Shown in pieces: positions 10,234-21,627 of a stretch of DNA of 64,000 nt (its first letter is position 1; each line of letters starts with the position of its first letter). The position numbers and the translations under genes are program-made. The notes below the pieces were generated by a model. The model was not told the DNA's origin. It made no database searches and saw only the letters and a list, made by a program, of their open reading frames with translations. The stretch spans positions 27,147 to 91,146 of the forward strand of contig JAGPKD010000001.1 of the NCBI GenBank assembly GCA_018054125.1. Direction: 5' to 3'. The stretch comes from Candidatus Oleihabitans oleiphilus (GTDB taxonomy: Bacteria > Atribacterota > Phoenicimicrobiia > Phoenicimicrobiales > Stramentimicrobiaceae).

Positions 10234-11610
10234 ATGGATAAATTATGGGGTGGTAGATTTAAAAAAGAGATAAATAGTAAGATGAAGTTCTTCATTTCTT
10301 CTCTTTACTTTGATAAAAAACTGGTGAGCTATGATATCAAAGGTAGTATTACCCATGCTCTGATGCTGGGTAAATGCAAGATTATCAAAGAAGAGGAATC
10401 TGATAAGATAGTAAGGGGATTAACAGAACTACTGGCAGAAATAGAGGGAGGAAGCTTAGTTGTAGAAGGGGAAGCGGAGGATGTTCATACCTGGGTAGAA
10501 TACCAATTAAAGAAAAAAATAGGAAAAGTTGCGGAAAAACTTCATACTGCTCGTAGCCGTAATGACCAGGTTGCCCTCGATGAAAGGATGTATCTCAAAG
10601 AGGAACTGACTAATATTCAGGAAGTTCTAAGCGATTTATTGAAGACTATTTTGACTTCTGCCCGTAATTACTTAGGGGTCATTATGCCTGGTTATACTCA
10701 TCTTCAACATGCCCAGCCAGTTCTTTTTTCTCATCATTTACTGGCTTATTTCTTTAAATTTAAACGAGATCGAGAAAGGCTTAAGGATTTATATAAAAGG
10801 GTGGATGTGCTACCCTTAGGCTCTGCCGCTCTGGCTGGAACATCATATCCTATTGACCGGGAATTTTTGGCAAAAGAGCTTAACTTCCGTAAGATTTCGG
10901 AAAACAGTCTGGATGCAGTGAGTGATCGGGATTTTATAATTGAATTTTTAGCTGCGGCGGCCTTAGTGATGTCTCATCTCAGTAGTTTAAGTGAGGAGTT
11001 GATTTTGTGGTCCTCTCGAGAATTTGACTTTGTGGAACTGGATGAATCTTTTTCAACGGGAAGTAGTATCATGCCCCAGAAAAAAAATCCTGATGCGGCA
11101 GAGCTTATCAGAGGAAAGACCGGGAGAATTTATGGCCATTTGCTATCATTACTTACGGTGGTGAAAGCTTTACCCCTGGCTTATAATCATGATTTACAGG
11201 AAGATAAAGAACCACTCTTTGACTCTGTAGAGGTGCTAAAGGATTCTATTATCATTATGACTGGTATGATTCAAACATTACAGATTAAAGCTGATAATAT
11301 GAGGCGCAGCGTAGAAGGTGATTTTTCCAATGCCACTGAACTGGCTGATTATCTGGTGCGTAAGGGATTATCTTTTCGGGAAGCCCATCAGGTGGTTGGC
11401 AAAATAGTATTATATAGTATTTCCCAGAAAAAGAGTTTAGAACAGCTTACTTTAGAAGAGTTGCAACAGTTTCACAGTCTTTTTGCTGCAGATGTTTTCC
11501 CTTTATTAACTCCGGAAGCAGTTGTTAATGCCAAAAAATCTTATGGCGGCACTGCCTTAGAAAGAGTAAAAGAAACCATAGAAGATGAAGAAAAGAAATT
11601 AAATTACTGA
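10234..11610 (+). CDS. argH: argininosuccinate lyase
   Basis: Fumarase/lyase class I signature region (GSSIMPQKKNPD), 458 aa. Confidence 0.9.
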   Translation: MDKLWGGRFKKEINSKMKFFISSLYFDKKLVSYDIKGSITHALMLGKCKIIKEEESDKIVRGLTELLAEIEGGSLVVEGEAEDVHTWVEYQLKKKIGKVAEKLHTARSRNDQVALDERMYLKEELTNIQEVLSDLLKTILTSARNYLGVIMPGYTHLQHAQPVLFSHHLLAYFFKFKRDRERLKDLYKRVDVLPLGSAALAGTSYPIDREFLAKELNFRKISENSLDAVSDRDFIIEFLAAAALVMSHLSSLSEELILWSSREFDFVELDESFSTGSSIMPQKKNPDAAELIRGKTGRIYGHLLSLLTVVKALPLAYNHDLQEDKEPLFDSVEVLKDSIIIMTGMIQTLQIKADNMRRSVEGDFSNATELADYLVRKGLSFREAHQVVGKIVLYSISQKKSLEQLTLEELQQFHSLFAADVFPLLTPEAVVNAKKSYGGTALERVKETIEDEEKKLNY

Positions 11611-11730
11611 AAGTTAAACAAGAATACCCTCACTATTCTTACTTATTCACTTATACAGTTGTTTTTTATTTGACTTTCTTCCTATCAGTTCGTATTATTG
11701 AAATTACGACATTCGTAATATATAGGGTAG

Positions 11731-11904
11731 GTATATCGTATTACGTATAACGTATACCGTTAAAATTAGTCGTTGGTCGTTAGTATCTGGTATTTAGTTT
11801 ACCTATTACTTATTACCGGTTACTTATTACTGAATTGGCTCCTCGCAATGACAAAAATCGTATACCGTTAAAATACAGTCGCTAGTCGGAAGTTATTTCA
11901 GGGA
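11731..11904 (+). repeat. family A composite element, copy A1 (lacks left arm), upstream of the MarR gene
   Basis: Carries cgtattacgtataacgtataccgttaaaattagtcgttggtcgttagtatctggtatttagtt...ctcctcgcaatgacaaaa...agtcggaagttatttcaggg, which is shared with A2-A5. Confidence 0.8.
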
Positions 11905-11915
11905 TTCTCAAAAAG

Positions 11916-12398
11916 ATGAGTAAAAAAAGTAAGCAATCAAATGAAATTGCCTCTGAAATAGATAAGTTTTTTCTTCAGGCAACTGAAATGCTATGGCAAC
12001 ATGTTACCCAATGTTATGGAAGCACTAAAGGTAATGAGAAAAAATCTTTAACTATTACGGAGCATTTTATTATTGAATTTTTAGGGGAAGAATCTTTTGC
12101 TTCTATGAGCAGGCTTTCTCAAGTAATTCATGTTGCCCCTACTACCATGACCAGTATTGTAGACCGTTTGATAAAGCGTGGTCTTTTAGAAAGACATCGT
12201 GCCAAGCAGGATCGCAGAAAGGTTTTGGTCAGTCTATCAGAAAAAGGCAAACAACTCTATGAGATTCATTACCAGGAATCACTCAAACTCTATTCCTATT
12301 ATTTAAATAAATTCCCGGATAAAGGAAAGCAGTTTCGTCAAAATATCAATGAGCTTAGAAAAAATATTGATTATCTCAAGGGGAAGGATTCCCCTTGA
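11916..12398 (+). CDS. MarR-family transcriptional regulator. The C-terminal codons and stop are encoded by a family B hairpin repeat.
   Basis: Winged-HTH MarR core (SMSRLSQVIHVAPTTMTSIVDRLIKRGLLERHRAKQDRRKVLVSLSEKG). Confidence 0.7.
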   Translation: MSKKSKQSNEIASEIDKFFLQATEMLWQHVTQCYGSTKGNEKKSLTITEHFIIEFLGEESFASMSRLSQVIHVAPTTMTSIVDRLIKRGLLERHRAKQDRRKVLVSLSEKGKQLYEIHYQESLKLYSYYLNKFPDKGKQFRQNINELRKNIDYLKGKDSP

Positions 12399-12404
12399 AT
12401 ATTG
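12376..12404 (+). repeat. family B hairpin (caaggggaaggattccccttg), forming the 3' end of the MarR ORF
   Basis: 9-bp perfect inverted repeat with a 3-4 nt loop. Confidence 0.8.
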
Positions 12405-12486
12405 GAATTGCCAAGCAATTTCGATATTCTTAAATATACTAAGATATGATATTATAGATAGCTATTAAATAGAACAATAGCTATTC

Positions 12487-12540
12487 TATCACCCTCACCC
12501 TCTCCCCTCAAGGGAGAGGAGAGAGGAGAGGGTGATAAAT
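12487..12540. repeat. family C long palindrome (tatcaccctc...cccctcaagggagagg...gagggtgata)
   Basis: A ~50-bp near-perfect palindrome. Confidence 0.8.
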
Positions 12541-12551
12541 ATAGTACCATA

Positions 12552-12605
12552 TTCCTCTCCCTTAGAAGGGAGAGGAAAGGTGAGGGTGATAAATATTACC
12601 TTAAG
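12552..12605. repeat. family C unit (cctctcccttagaagggagagg plus aaggtgagggtgataaatattaccttaag)
   Basis: Also found at 16147, 28949, 40873 and 44687. Confidence 0.8.
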
Positions 12606-12622
12606 CTTAATTCCAGGGGAAA

Positions 12623-12815
12623 CCTCCTGATGACAAAATTGTATATTGTATTACGTATAACGTATACCGTTAAAATTAGTTGTTGGTCGTTAGTATCTGG
12701 TATTTAGTTTGCCTATTACTTATTACCGGTTACTTATTACTGAATTGGCTCCTCGCAATGACAAAAATCGTATACCGTTAAAATACAGTCGTTAGTCGGA
12801 AGTTATTTCAGGGAG
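12623..12815 (+). repeat. family A element, copy A2, upstream of the P-type ATPase
   Basis: Over 90% identical to A1 across ~190 bp. Confidence 0.8.
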
Positions 12816-13017
12816 TTTCAGGAGAAACACCCTGTCCCTGCGGGACACCCCTCTAAAGAGAGGAAGGATTCTAAGATAAACAACTAAGGACAAAATGTCA
12901 TTACCAGTCCTACCCCCTAAACTAATGTTTAGAGGCAGGGCGTGGCATACCATTATTGCTCTTATCTTTGGTCTAAAAACTGAGAACTGATAACTGAAAA
13001 CCATCTTGATTTTAATT

Positions 13018-13063
13018 GAGGGGTTTCAGGGGATACTTCCCCTGAATTCCCCTGAATATCTTG
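13018..13063 (+). repeat. family B hairpin (ttcaggggatacttcccctgaa plus duplicated tail)
   Basis: Perfect 9-bp stem. The ATPase start lies 100 nt downstream. Confidence 0.8.
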
Positions 13064-13163
13064 TAGCTTAATAGCTAAATGATGGCACTGCTATTTATTT
13101 AGCCCAACCTACTATTATTATAAGTATAAGTATCTATTGGGCAGATTATTAAGGAGAAAAAAC

Positions 13164-15905
<2,742 letters not shown>

Positions 15906-15971
15906 TGTTGACTATTAAGAATTATTCCAGTGCTAATCATCTATTTATACCGGGAATATGATATACTAATA

Positions 15972-16001
15972 TTATCGGAATTGCTGTGAAATTCCGATAG
16001 T
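15972..16001. repeat. family D palindrome after the P-type ATPase gene
   Basis: ttatcggaattgctgtgaaattccgatag. Confidence 0.7.
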
Positions 16002-16042
16002 AGAACATAGATTTTTTAAAATGATTAACTAACAATACATTC

Positions 16043-16103
16043 TATCACCCTCACCCTCACCCTCTCCCCTCGAGGGAGAGGTGAGAAGAGAGGGTGATAA
16101 ATA
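16043..16103. repeat. family C long palindrome
   Basis: tatcaccctcaccctcaccctctcccctcgagggagaggtgagaagagagggtgata. Confidence 0.8.
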
Positions 16104-16146
16104 TTCTTTTAGAAAAGCCTTCCAGTAAGTGGGTAACATTCCCTCA

Positions 16147-16200
16147 TTCCTCTCCCTTAGAAGGGAGAGGAAAGGTGAGGGTGATAACTATTACCTTAAG
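16147..16200. repeat. family C unit
   Basis: cctctcccttagaagggagaggaaaggtgagggtgataactattaccttaag. Confidence 0.8.
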
Positions 16201-16206
16201 GTTATT

Positions 16207-16236
16207 TGAGGAGTTTCAGGGGATACCTCCCCTGAT
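16207..16236 (+). repeat. family B hairpin
   Basis: ttcaggggatacctcccctga. Confidence 0.8.
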
Positions 16237-16343
16237 TAAATTATGTAAATAATTTAATGAATTTCTGATTTATACAAACTAAGGTCTTTATTTTTTAATT
16301 AGAATTTACTATATACGTAATACATAATACGGTATACTAATTT

Positions 16344-16380
16344 GAGGGGTTTCAGGGGATACCTCCCCTGAATATCTTGC
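16344..16380 (+). repeat. family B hairpin with conserved gaggggttt lead and aatatcttg tail
   Basis: gaggggtttcaggggatacctcccctgaatatcttg. Confidence 0.8.
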
Positions 16381-16410
16381 AGTATCGGAATTTCAATAAT
16401 TTAGATACTG
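16381..16410. repeat. family D palindrome (right arm degenerate)
   Basis: agtatcggaatttcaataatttagatact. Confidence 0.6.
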
Positions 16411-16459
16411 CAAGATAATATTAAGTATTATTTTTTCAATAAGGAACAATATATTCTGA

Positions 16460-16509
16460 CCCCCTCACCCTAACCCTCTCCCTCGAGGCGAGAGGAGAAG
16501 AAGAGGAAG
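16460..16509. repeat. family C unit (degenerate)
   Basis: ccccctcaccctaaccctctccctcgaggcgagaggagaag. Confidence 0.6.
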
Positions 16510-16582
16510 TAAGATATTTTTTCTTTATTTCTTAACTGTATTTTACTATATACTCAATACTTTATACTCAATACTATTCTTT

Positions 16583-16622
16583 AAGGGGTTCTCAAGGGGA
16601 AGGATTCCCCTTGAATATCTTG
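16583..16622 (+). repeat. family B hairpin, 30 nt upstream of the helicase start codon
   Basis: aaggggttctcaaggggaaggattccccttgaatatcttg. Confidence 0.8.
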
Positions 16623-16651
16623 TTTTAATTTTATTTTAAGGGAGTGACAGC

Positions 16652-18940
16652 ATGGGTTGTGATGTTAAGGAAATTATTCAGGAATTAGAGAATGATTACA
16701 CCATTCGTCCTTATTTAACGGCATTAGAGCATCTACCAGCACAGGAAGCCCGTTTAGCTGATTTTCCTGATTGGTTGGATAAAGCATTGGTTAATCAATT
16801 AAAACAAGATGGTATTACCAGTCTCTATACTCATCAAGCCAGTGCCCTGAAGGCAGTTAATGATGGTCAGAACATAGTGGTAGTTACCCCTACTGCCTCG
16901 GGCAAAACTCTCTGTTACAATTTACCAGTTTTAGATAAAATTATGAAGGAGCCGGAAAGCCGAGCACTTTATCTTTTTCCCACCAAAGCCCTTTCTCAGG
17001 ATCAGTTAAGAGAACTTTACCGTCTGATAGAGGCATTAGATAAACCAATAAATACTTTCACTTATGATGGAGATACCCCGGTCTCAGCACGTTCTGCTAT
17101 CCGCAACCAGGGTCATATTATAGTTACCAATCCGGATATGTTACATACTGGAATATTGCCCCATCATACCAAGTGGTATAGATTATTTCAGAATTTAAAA
17201 TATGTGGTCATGGATGAAATTCATATTTATCGTGGTGTATTCGGAAGTCATATTGCTAATGTCCTACGCCGACTAAGGCGGATTTGTGAATTTTATGGGG
17301 CAAAACCGCAGTTTATCTGTTGTTCTGCTACTATTGCCAATCCTCTGGAATTGGCAGAAAAGATCACAGAGGAGAAATTCACCTTAATTAATAATAATGG
17401 TGCACCCAGCGGGGAGAAGTATTTTCTGTTCTACAATCCGCCGGTGGTAAACAGACCACTGGGTATTCGTAAAAGCCTGATTAAAGAGACCGCTCGGCTG
17501 GTGAGTAAATTTTTAAATCACGATATCCAAACCATTGTTTTTGCTCGCAGTCGCCTGACCACTGAACTATTAACCAGTTATCTCAAGGATTATTTAACCA
17601 AAATTGGGCAGGACCGGGATTTAGTTAGAGGGTATCGCGGAGGTTATCTACCCAATTTACGTCGAGAAATTGAAAAAGGACTCAAAGAAGGACTTATAAA
17701 AGGGGTAATCAGCACCAATGCCCTGGAATTAGGGGTGGATATCGGGCAGCTGGATGCCTGTTTTATTGCTGGTTATCCAGGCACCATTGCCAGTACCTGG
17801 CAACAGGCTGGTAGAGCTGGTAGACGTACTCATTCCTCAGTTGCTGTTCTGGTGGCTTCCAGTATTCCCCTGGATCAATACATTATCAATTCCCCTGATT
17901 ACTTTTTTAAAGAGACACCGGAGAACGCCGTAATTGATGCCAACAATTTAAGTATTTTAATCAGTCACATCAAATGCGCTGCTTTTGAACTTCCTTTTCG
18001 AGATGGCGAAAAATTTGGTTCAGAAGAGCTGGAAGAAATATTACAATTTCTGGAGGAAAAAGGTTTCATTCATTTCACCCAGCATAAATGGCACTGGATG
18101 AGTGAGGCTTATCCTGCTGATGAAATCAGTTTACGCAGTGCTTCTCCTGAAAATTTTGCTATTATTGATTTAGAAAAAGGTGAAAACAAGGTTATCGGAG
18201 AGATAGATCGGGAAAGTGCTCCCACTACCATCTACGAAGGTGCCATTTATATTCATGAAGGTGAACAATATACTATTACCAAACTGGATTATGATGATTA
18301 TAAGGCTTATGCCAAAAAGGTAGATGTTAACTATTACACTGATGCCCAGGTGGAAAGTCATATCAAGGTTCTGGATGTCTTTGAGGGAAAAGAGGAAGAA
18401 AATATTAAACACCAGTATGGGGAGATAGCTATTACTACTATCTCCACCAGGTATAAAAAGGTAAAATTCTATACCCATGAAAATCTGGGTTATGGGAAAA
18501 TTAATTTACCGGCCGAAGATATGCATACCACTGCTTACTGGCTGATTCTCTCAGAGGCATTTTCAAATCTGGCGGGAGGGAAGATGTCTTCTGGATTTAC
18601 CTTTGATTTAGGGGGAGGTTTATTAGCCCTCTCTAATATCATGGTTAATGTCACTCCCTTATTTATTATGTGTGACCCTAAAGATATCAGGGCGGTAGCT
18701 CAAGTCCGTTCTCCTTTTACTGATTTACCAACCCTTTTTATTTATGATAATTATCCCGGGGGAGTGGGTTTTAGTGAGAAAATTTTCGAGTTTCGGGATA
18801 AAATTTTGAGGGCTGCTCGAGATTTGATTGAAAATTGTGGTTGTGAGGAAGGTTGTCCCTCCTGTGTTGGCCCTATTAATCAGGTAGGAAATAACGGTAA
18901 ACAGAGTGCCCTTTTTATTCTGAAGGAGGCAATTCACTGA
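16652..18940 (+). CDS. DEXH-box helicase with a C-terminal DUF1998 four-Cys domain (MrfA/YprA-like)
   Basis: Walker A (TPTASGKT), DEIH box and helicase C motifs are present. The C-terminus carries ENCGCEEGCPSCVGP. Size and architecture match B. subtilis MrfA. Confidence 0.8.
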   Translation: MGCDVKEIIQELENDYTIRPYLTALEHLPAQEARLADFPDWLDKALVNQLKQDGITSLYTHQASALKAVNDGQNIVVVTPTASGKTLCYNLPVLDKIMKEPESRALYLFPTKALSQDQLRELYRLIEALDKPINTFTYDGDTPVSARSAIRNQGHIIVTNPDMLHTGILPHHTKWYRLFQNLKYVVMDEIHIYRGVFGSHIANVLRRLRRICEFYGAKPQFICCSATIANPLELAEKITEEKFTLINNNGAPSGEKYFLFYNPPVVNRPLGIRKSLIKETARLVSKFLNHDIQTIVFARSRLTTELLTSYLKDYLTKIGQDRDLVRGYRGGYLPNLRREIEKGLKEGLIKGVISTNALELGVDIGQLDACFIAGYPGTIASTWQQAGRAGRRTHSSVAVLVASSIPLDQYIINSPDYFFKETPENAVIDANNLSILISHIKCAAFELPFRDGEKFGSEELEEILQFLEEKGFIHFTQHKWHWMSEAYPADEISLRSASPENFAIIDLEKGENKVIGEIDRESAPTTIYEGAIYIHEGEQYTITKLDYDDYKAYAKKVDVNYYTDAQVESHIKVLDVFEGKEEENIKHQYGEIAITTISTRYKKVKFYTHENLGYGKINLPAEDMHTTAYWLILSEAFSNLAGGKMSSGFTFDLGGGLLALSNIMVNVTPLFIMCDPKDIRAVAQVRSPFTDLPTLFIYDNYPGGVGFSEKIFEFRDKILRAARDLIENCGCEEGCPSCVGPINQVGNNGKQSALFILKEAIH

Positions 18941-18942
18941 CT

Positions 18943-20238
18943 ATGGATTTAAAGGATCGGCTGGAGAAGATTGAGAGTTTAAAAAGAAAGGTTCAGCAAG
19001 TTAATAATAATCACCAAAAGAGCAGCTTTTCTTATTGGAAAGCCAGAACGCCTCTTTCCATTTCTGAGGTTATCACAGGGAATCTTATGGCTACCCCCTA
19101 TGGTTCCTGTTTTTTTACCGAAAAGTGTATTCCGTTAGATAGTTATTTTGGTGAACTTTCTCTCTTAGATATGGTGAATTATTTTCCTTCAGGATTGGAT
19201 TTATTGATACCAAAATTTAAAGGGGAAAATAGTAATATTCAATTAGAAGATCTACTATTTTTTGATACCGAGACTACTGGATTGGCAGGAGGTTCTGGAA
19301 CTTACATTTTTTTATTAGGGCTGGGTTATTTTAAGGGAGACTCCTTTTGGGTTAGACAATATTTTATGTCAGACTACCATGAAGAAGAGGCCTTATTATG
19401 GGCAGTAAACCAGTTTTTTGCTCAGGGTTTTAAATTACTGGTTTCTTATAATGGGAAAAGTTATGATTATCCCTTACTGGAGACCCGTTATATTATGATG
19501 CGTCTCCCTTTACAATTAAACACTACTTATCATCTTGATTTATTATTCCCCACCAGAAGATTATGGAAGAGAAGATTACAAGACTGTTCTTTACCTCATA
19601 TAGAAAAGAAGATACTCAATATTTTTAGAGAGGAAGACCTCCCGGGCTACCTTATTCCTCAGGTCTATTTCCGTTATCTACAGGATAAGGATGCTCGTCC
19701 TCTCAAAACAGTCTTTGCCCATAATTTACAGGATATTGTTTCTCTGGCTATTTTGACTGCCCGGATTGGACAGATTTTTCAGGACCAGGACCCATTACGC
19801 AGGGTAAGATCGGGGTTGGATCTCTTTAGTATGGGCAAGATTTATGAGGGAAACAAAGATTTTCAATATAGCAGTAGATGTTATGAAGAGGCTTTAAATG
19901 GTAACTTATCAGAGGAAGAATCACTGGAAGCATTAAAATTATGTTCCTTTGCCTATAAAAAACAGGGGGAATGGAAGAAGGCCGAGCAAGCCTGGTATGA
20001 CCTTATTTCCTTGAGCCGGGGGAATAGGGAATTTATTTTTTATCCCTATGAAGAATTAGCTAAATATTATGAGCATATCCTGAAAGACTATTGGCAGGCA
20101 GAGAGGATAGTAGAGGAGGCTCTGTCCAGATTGGAACAGGAAAGTAGGAAAGAGGAAAATATGAAACAATGGCAACAGGCTCTATATCACCGTCTGGAAA
20201 GAATAAAAAGAAAACAGAAAACAAGAAGGAGTATTTGA
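18943..20238 (+). CDS. DEDDh 3'-5' exonuclease with C-terminal TPR-like region (MrfB/YprB-like)
   Basis: Exo I motif (FFDTETTGL), Exo II-like (YNGKSYDYPLL) and H..D (AHNLQD) are present. It starts 3 bp after the helicase stop. Confidence 0.7.
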   Translation: MDLKDRLEKIESLKRKVQQVNNNHQKSSFSYWKARTPLSISEVITGNLMATPYGSCFFTEKCIPLDSYFGELSLLDMVNYFPSGLDLLIPKFKGENSNIQLEDLLFFDTETTGLAGGSGTYIFLLGLGYFKGDSFWVRQYFMSDYHEEEALLWAVNQFFAQGFKLLVSYNGKSYDYPLLETRYIMMRLPLQLNTTYHLDLLFPTRRLWKRRLQDCSLPHIEKKILNIFREEDLPGYLIPQVYFRYLQDKDARPLKTVFAHNLQDIVSLAILTARIGQIFQDQDPLRRVRSGLDLFSMGKIYEGNKDFQYSSRCYEEALNGNLSEEESLEALKLCSFAYKKQGEWKKAEQAWYDLISLSRGNREFIFYPYEELAKYYEHILKDYWQAERIVEEALSRLEQESRKEENMKQWQQALYHRLERIKRKQKTRRSI

Positions 20239-20774
20239 TGAAAAGAGTTGATTTAAAGTATTGTACCAAATGTGGTTATCAACTACAAAGTAAAATTATA
20301 GATGGTAAAGAGCAAAGGTATTGTCAGAATTGCGATACCATCTACTACGAGAACCCTATTCCCAGTGTAGCGGTAATAGCCCGGAATGAAAAAGGTCAAT
20401 TACTCTTAGTAAAAAGGAAAGAGGAACCTAAAAGAGGTTTCTGGGCTTTACCGGGAGGTTTTATTGATAATGGAGAATCGGCCATTCAAGCTGCCTTGAG
20501 GGAGCTACAAGAAGAAACCGGTTTGGAAGGTATTGTTAAGAGATTTATTAAGATCTACAATCATGAAAGTAAAAAATATGGTTATGTCATAATTATTGTC
20601 TATGAAGTTACTATCACTAAAGGGCAATTAAGAGCCGGAGATGATGCTGAATGTGCTGATTTTTTTGACCTGGAGGAATTACCTTCCCTGGCTTTTCCTT
20701 ATCAGGAAGAAGCAGTGGCAGAGGTGGCTGGACTTACCCAGCTTCCCAGAAGCAGCAGAGTCCATACTCATTGA
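20238..20774 (+). CDS. Nudix hydrolase with N-terminal zinc ribbon (NudC-like NADH pyrophosphatase / NAD-cap decapping type). The tracked ORF at 20169 appears over-extended.
   Basis: CxxC...CxxC ribbon (CTKCG...CQNCD) followed by a Nudix box (GFWALPGGFIDNGESAIQAALRELQEETG). An aaggag RBS precedes the ATG at 20238. Confidence 0.7.
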   Translation: MKRVDLKYCTKCGYQLQSKIIDGKEQRYCQNCDTIYYENPIPSVAVIARNEKGQLLLVKRKEEPKRGFWALPGGFIDNGESAIQAALRELQEETGLEGIVKRFIKIYNHESKKYGYVIIIVYEVTITKGQLRAGDDAECADFFDLEELPSLAFPYQEEAVAEVAGLTQLPRSSRVHTH

Positions 20775-20817
20775 TAAATTCTGAATAAATAAGATATATG
20801 GAAAGAGGTAGAGAAAG

Positions 20818-21156
20818 ATGGCAGAGGTTAAATTTTTTAGAAAGAATGATTTAAAAGTAAAACCAGTATTGAAAAGCTCTCAATTAAGAGCGGTAGCAAA
20901 TGAGCACGTAATGATGACTTTATTTGATTTTGGTCCTCATGATCCAGTTATGCCCAATCATCATCATCCTCATGAGCAAATCAGCTATATTCTGAAAGGC
21001 TCGGTAAAGATGACTGCTGGTGGGAAGAGCCAGATACTCAAGAGTGGAGAAGGAGCAGTGATACCATCGGAGGTAGAACATGAGGTTGTTGCTCTGGAAA
21101 AAGACACTCAGGTATTAGATATTTTTTATCCTTTGAGAGAAGATTATTTATCCTGA
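20818..21156 (+). CDS. cupin-domain protein
   Basis: Small beta-barrel cupin with conserved His residues (HHHPHEQISYILKG...H). Confidence 0.55.
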   Translation: MAEVKFFRKNDLKVKPVLKSSQLRAVANEHVMMTLFDFGPHDPVMPNHHHPHEQISYILKGSVKMTAGGKSQILKSGEGAVIPSEVEHEVVALEKDTQVLDIFYPLREDYLS

Positions 21157-21257
21157 GATATAAAGCTAAAAAAGGAATTTTGGTGATTGAGAAAGACGAT
21201 GAATTTTATCCCAAAATAAAAGAAATGGTGATTAAAAATCAATAGGAGGAACAGTCT

Positions 21258-21593
21258 ATGAAAGTTATAGATTATCATCAGGTACCATTAGAGGAGGTTA
21301 CTGAAGAAGCAAAAGGGGTAAAAGTACGCTGGCTTATTTCCAATAGGGATAATGCTAAAAATTTTGCTATGAGATTATTTGAAGTAGAACCCGGAGGATT
21401 TACCCCTTCTCATACCCATGATTGGGAACATGAGGTTTTTATCCTGGAAGGTGAGGGAGAGGCTGAGATAGAGGAGATGGTTTATCCTATCAAAAAAGAT
21501 AGTGTAGTATTTATAGAGCCTTGTCAGAAGCATACCTTTAAGAACACCGGGGGAAGTATGTTAAAATTTCTCTGTCTGATACCTTACAAATAA
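21258..21593 (+). CDS. cupin-domain protein
   Basis: Cupin_2-like motif (GGFTPSHTHDWEHEVFILEG...H). Confidence 0.55.
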   Translation: MKVIDYHQVPLEEVTEEAKGVKVRWLISNRDNAKNFAMRLFEVEPGGFTPSHTHDWEHEVFILEGEGEAEIEEMVYPIKKDSVVFIEPCQKHTFKNTGGSMLKFLCLIPYK

Positions 21594-21627
21594 ACACTAA
21601 CTAAAAATTGGAAAGTAGTAAGAATTT

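Noticed and set aside
12792-13004. 70-aa ORF on minus strand in the intergenic repeat region (also 28599..28787, 25674..25985, 39741..39995, 46188..46419, 47904..48110, 50214..50501, 51694..51885, 55693..55987, 56412..56735, 57236..58072, 58570..59176, 61724..61999, 63010..63244)
   Set aside because: They are composed of repeat-element sequence or overlap better-supported genes. There is no RBS, no recognisable fold, and they are not conserved between repeat copies in frame.
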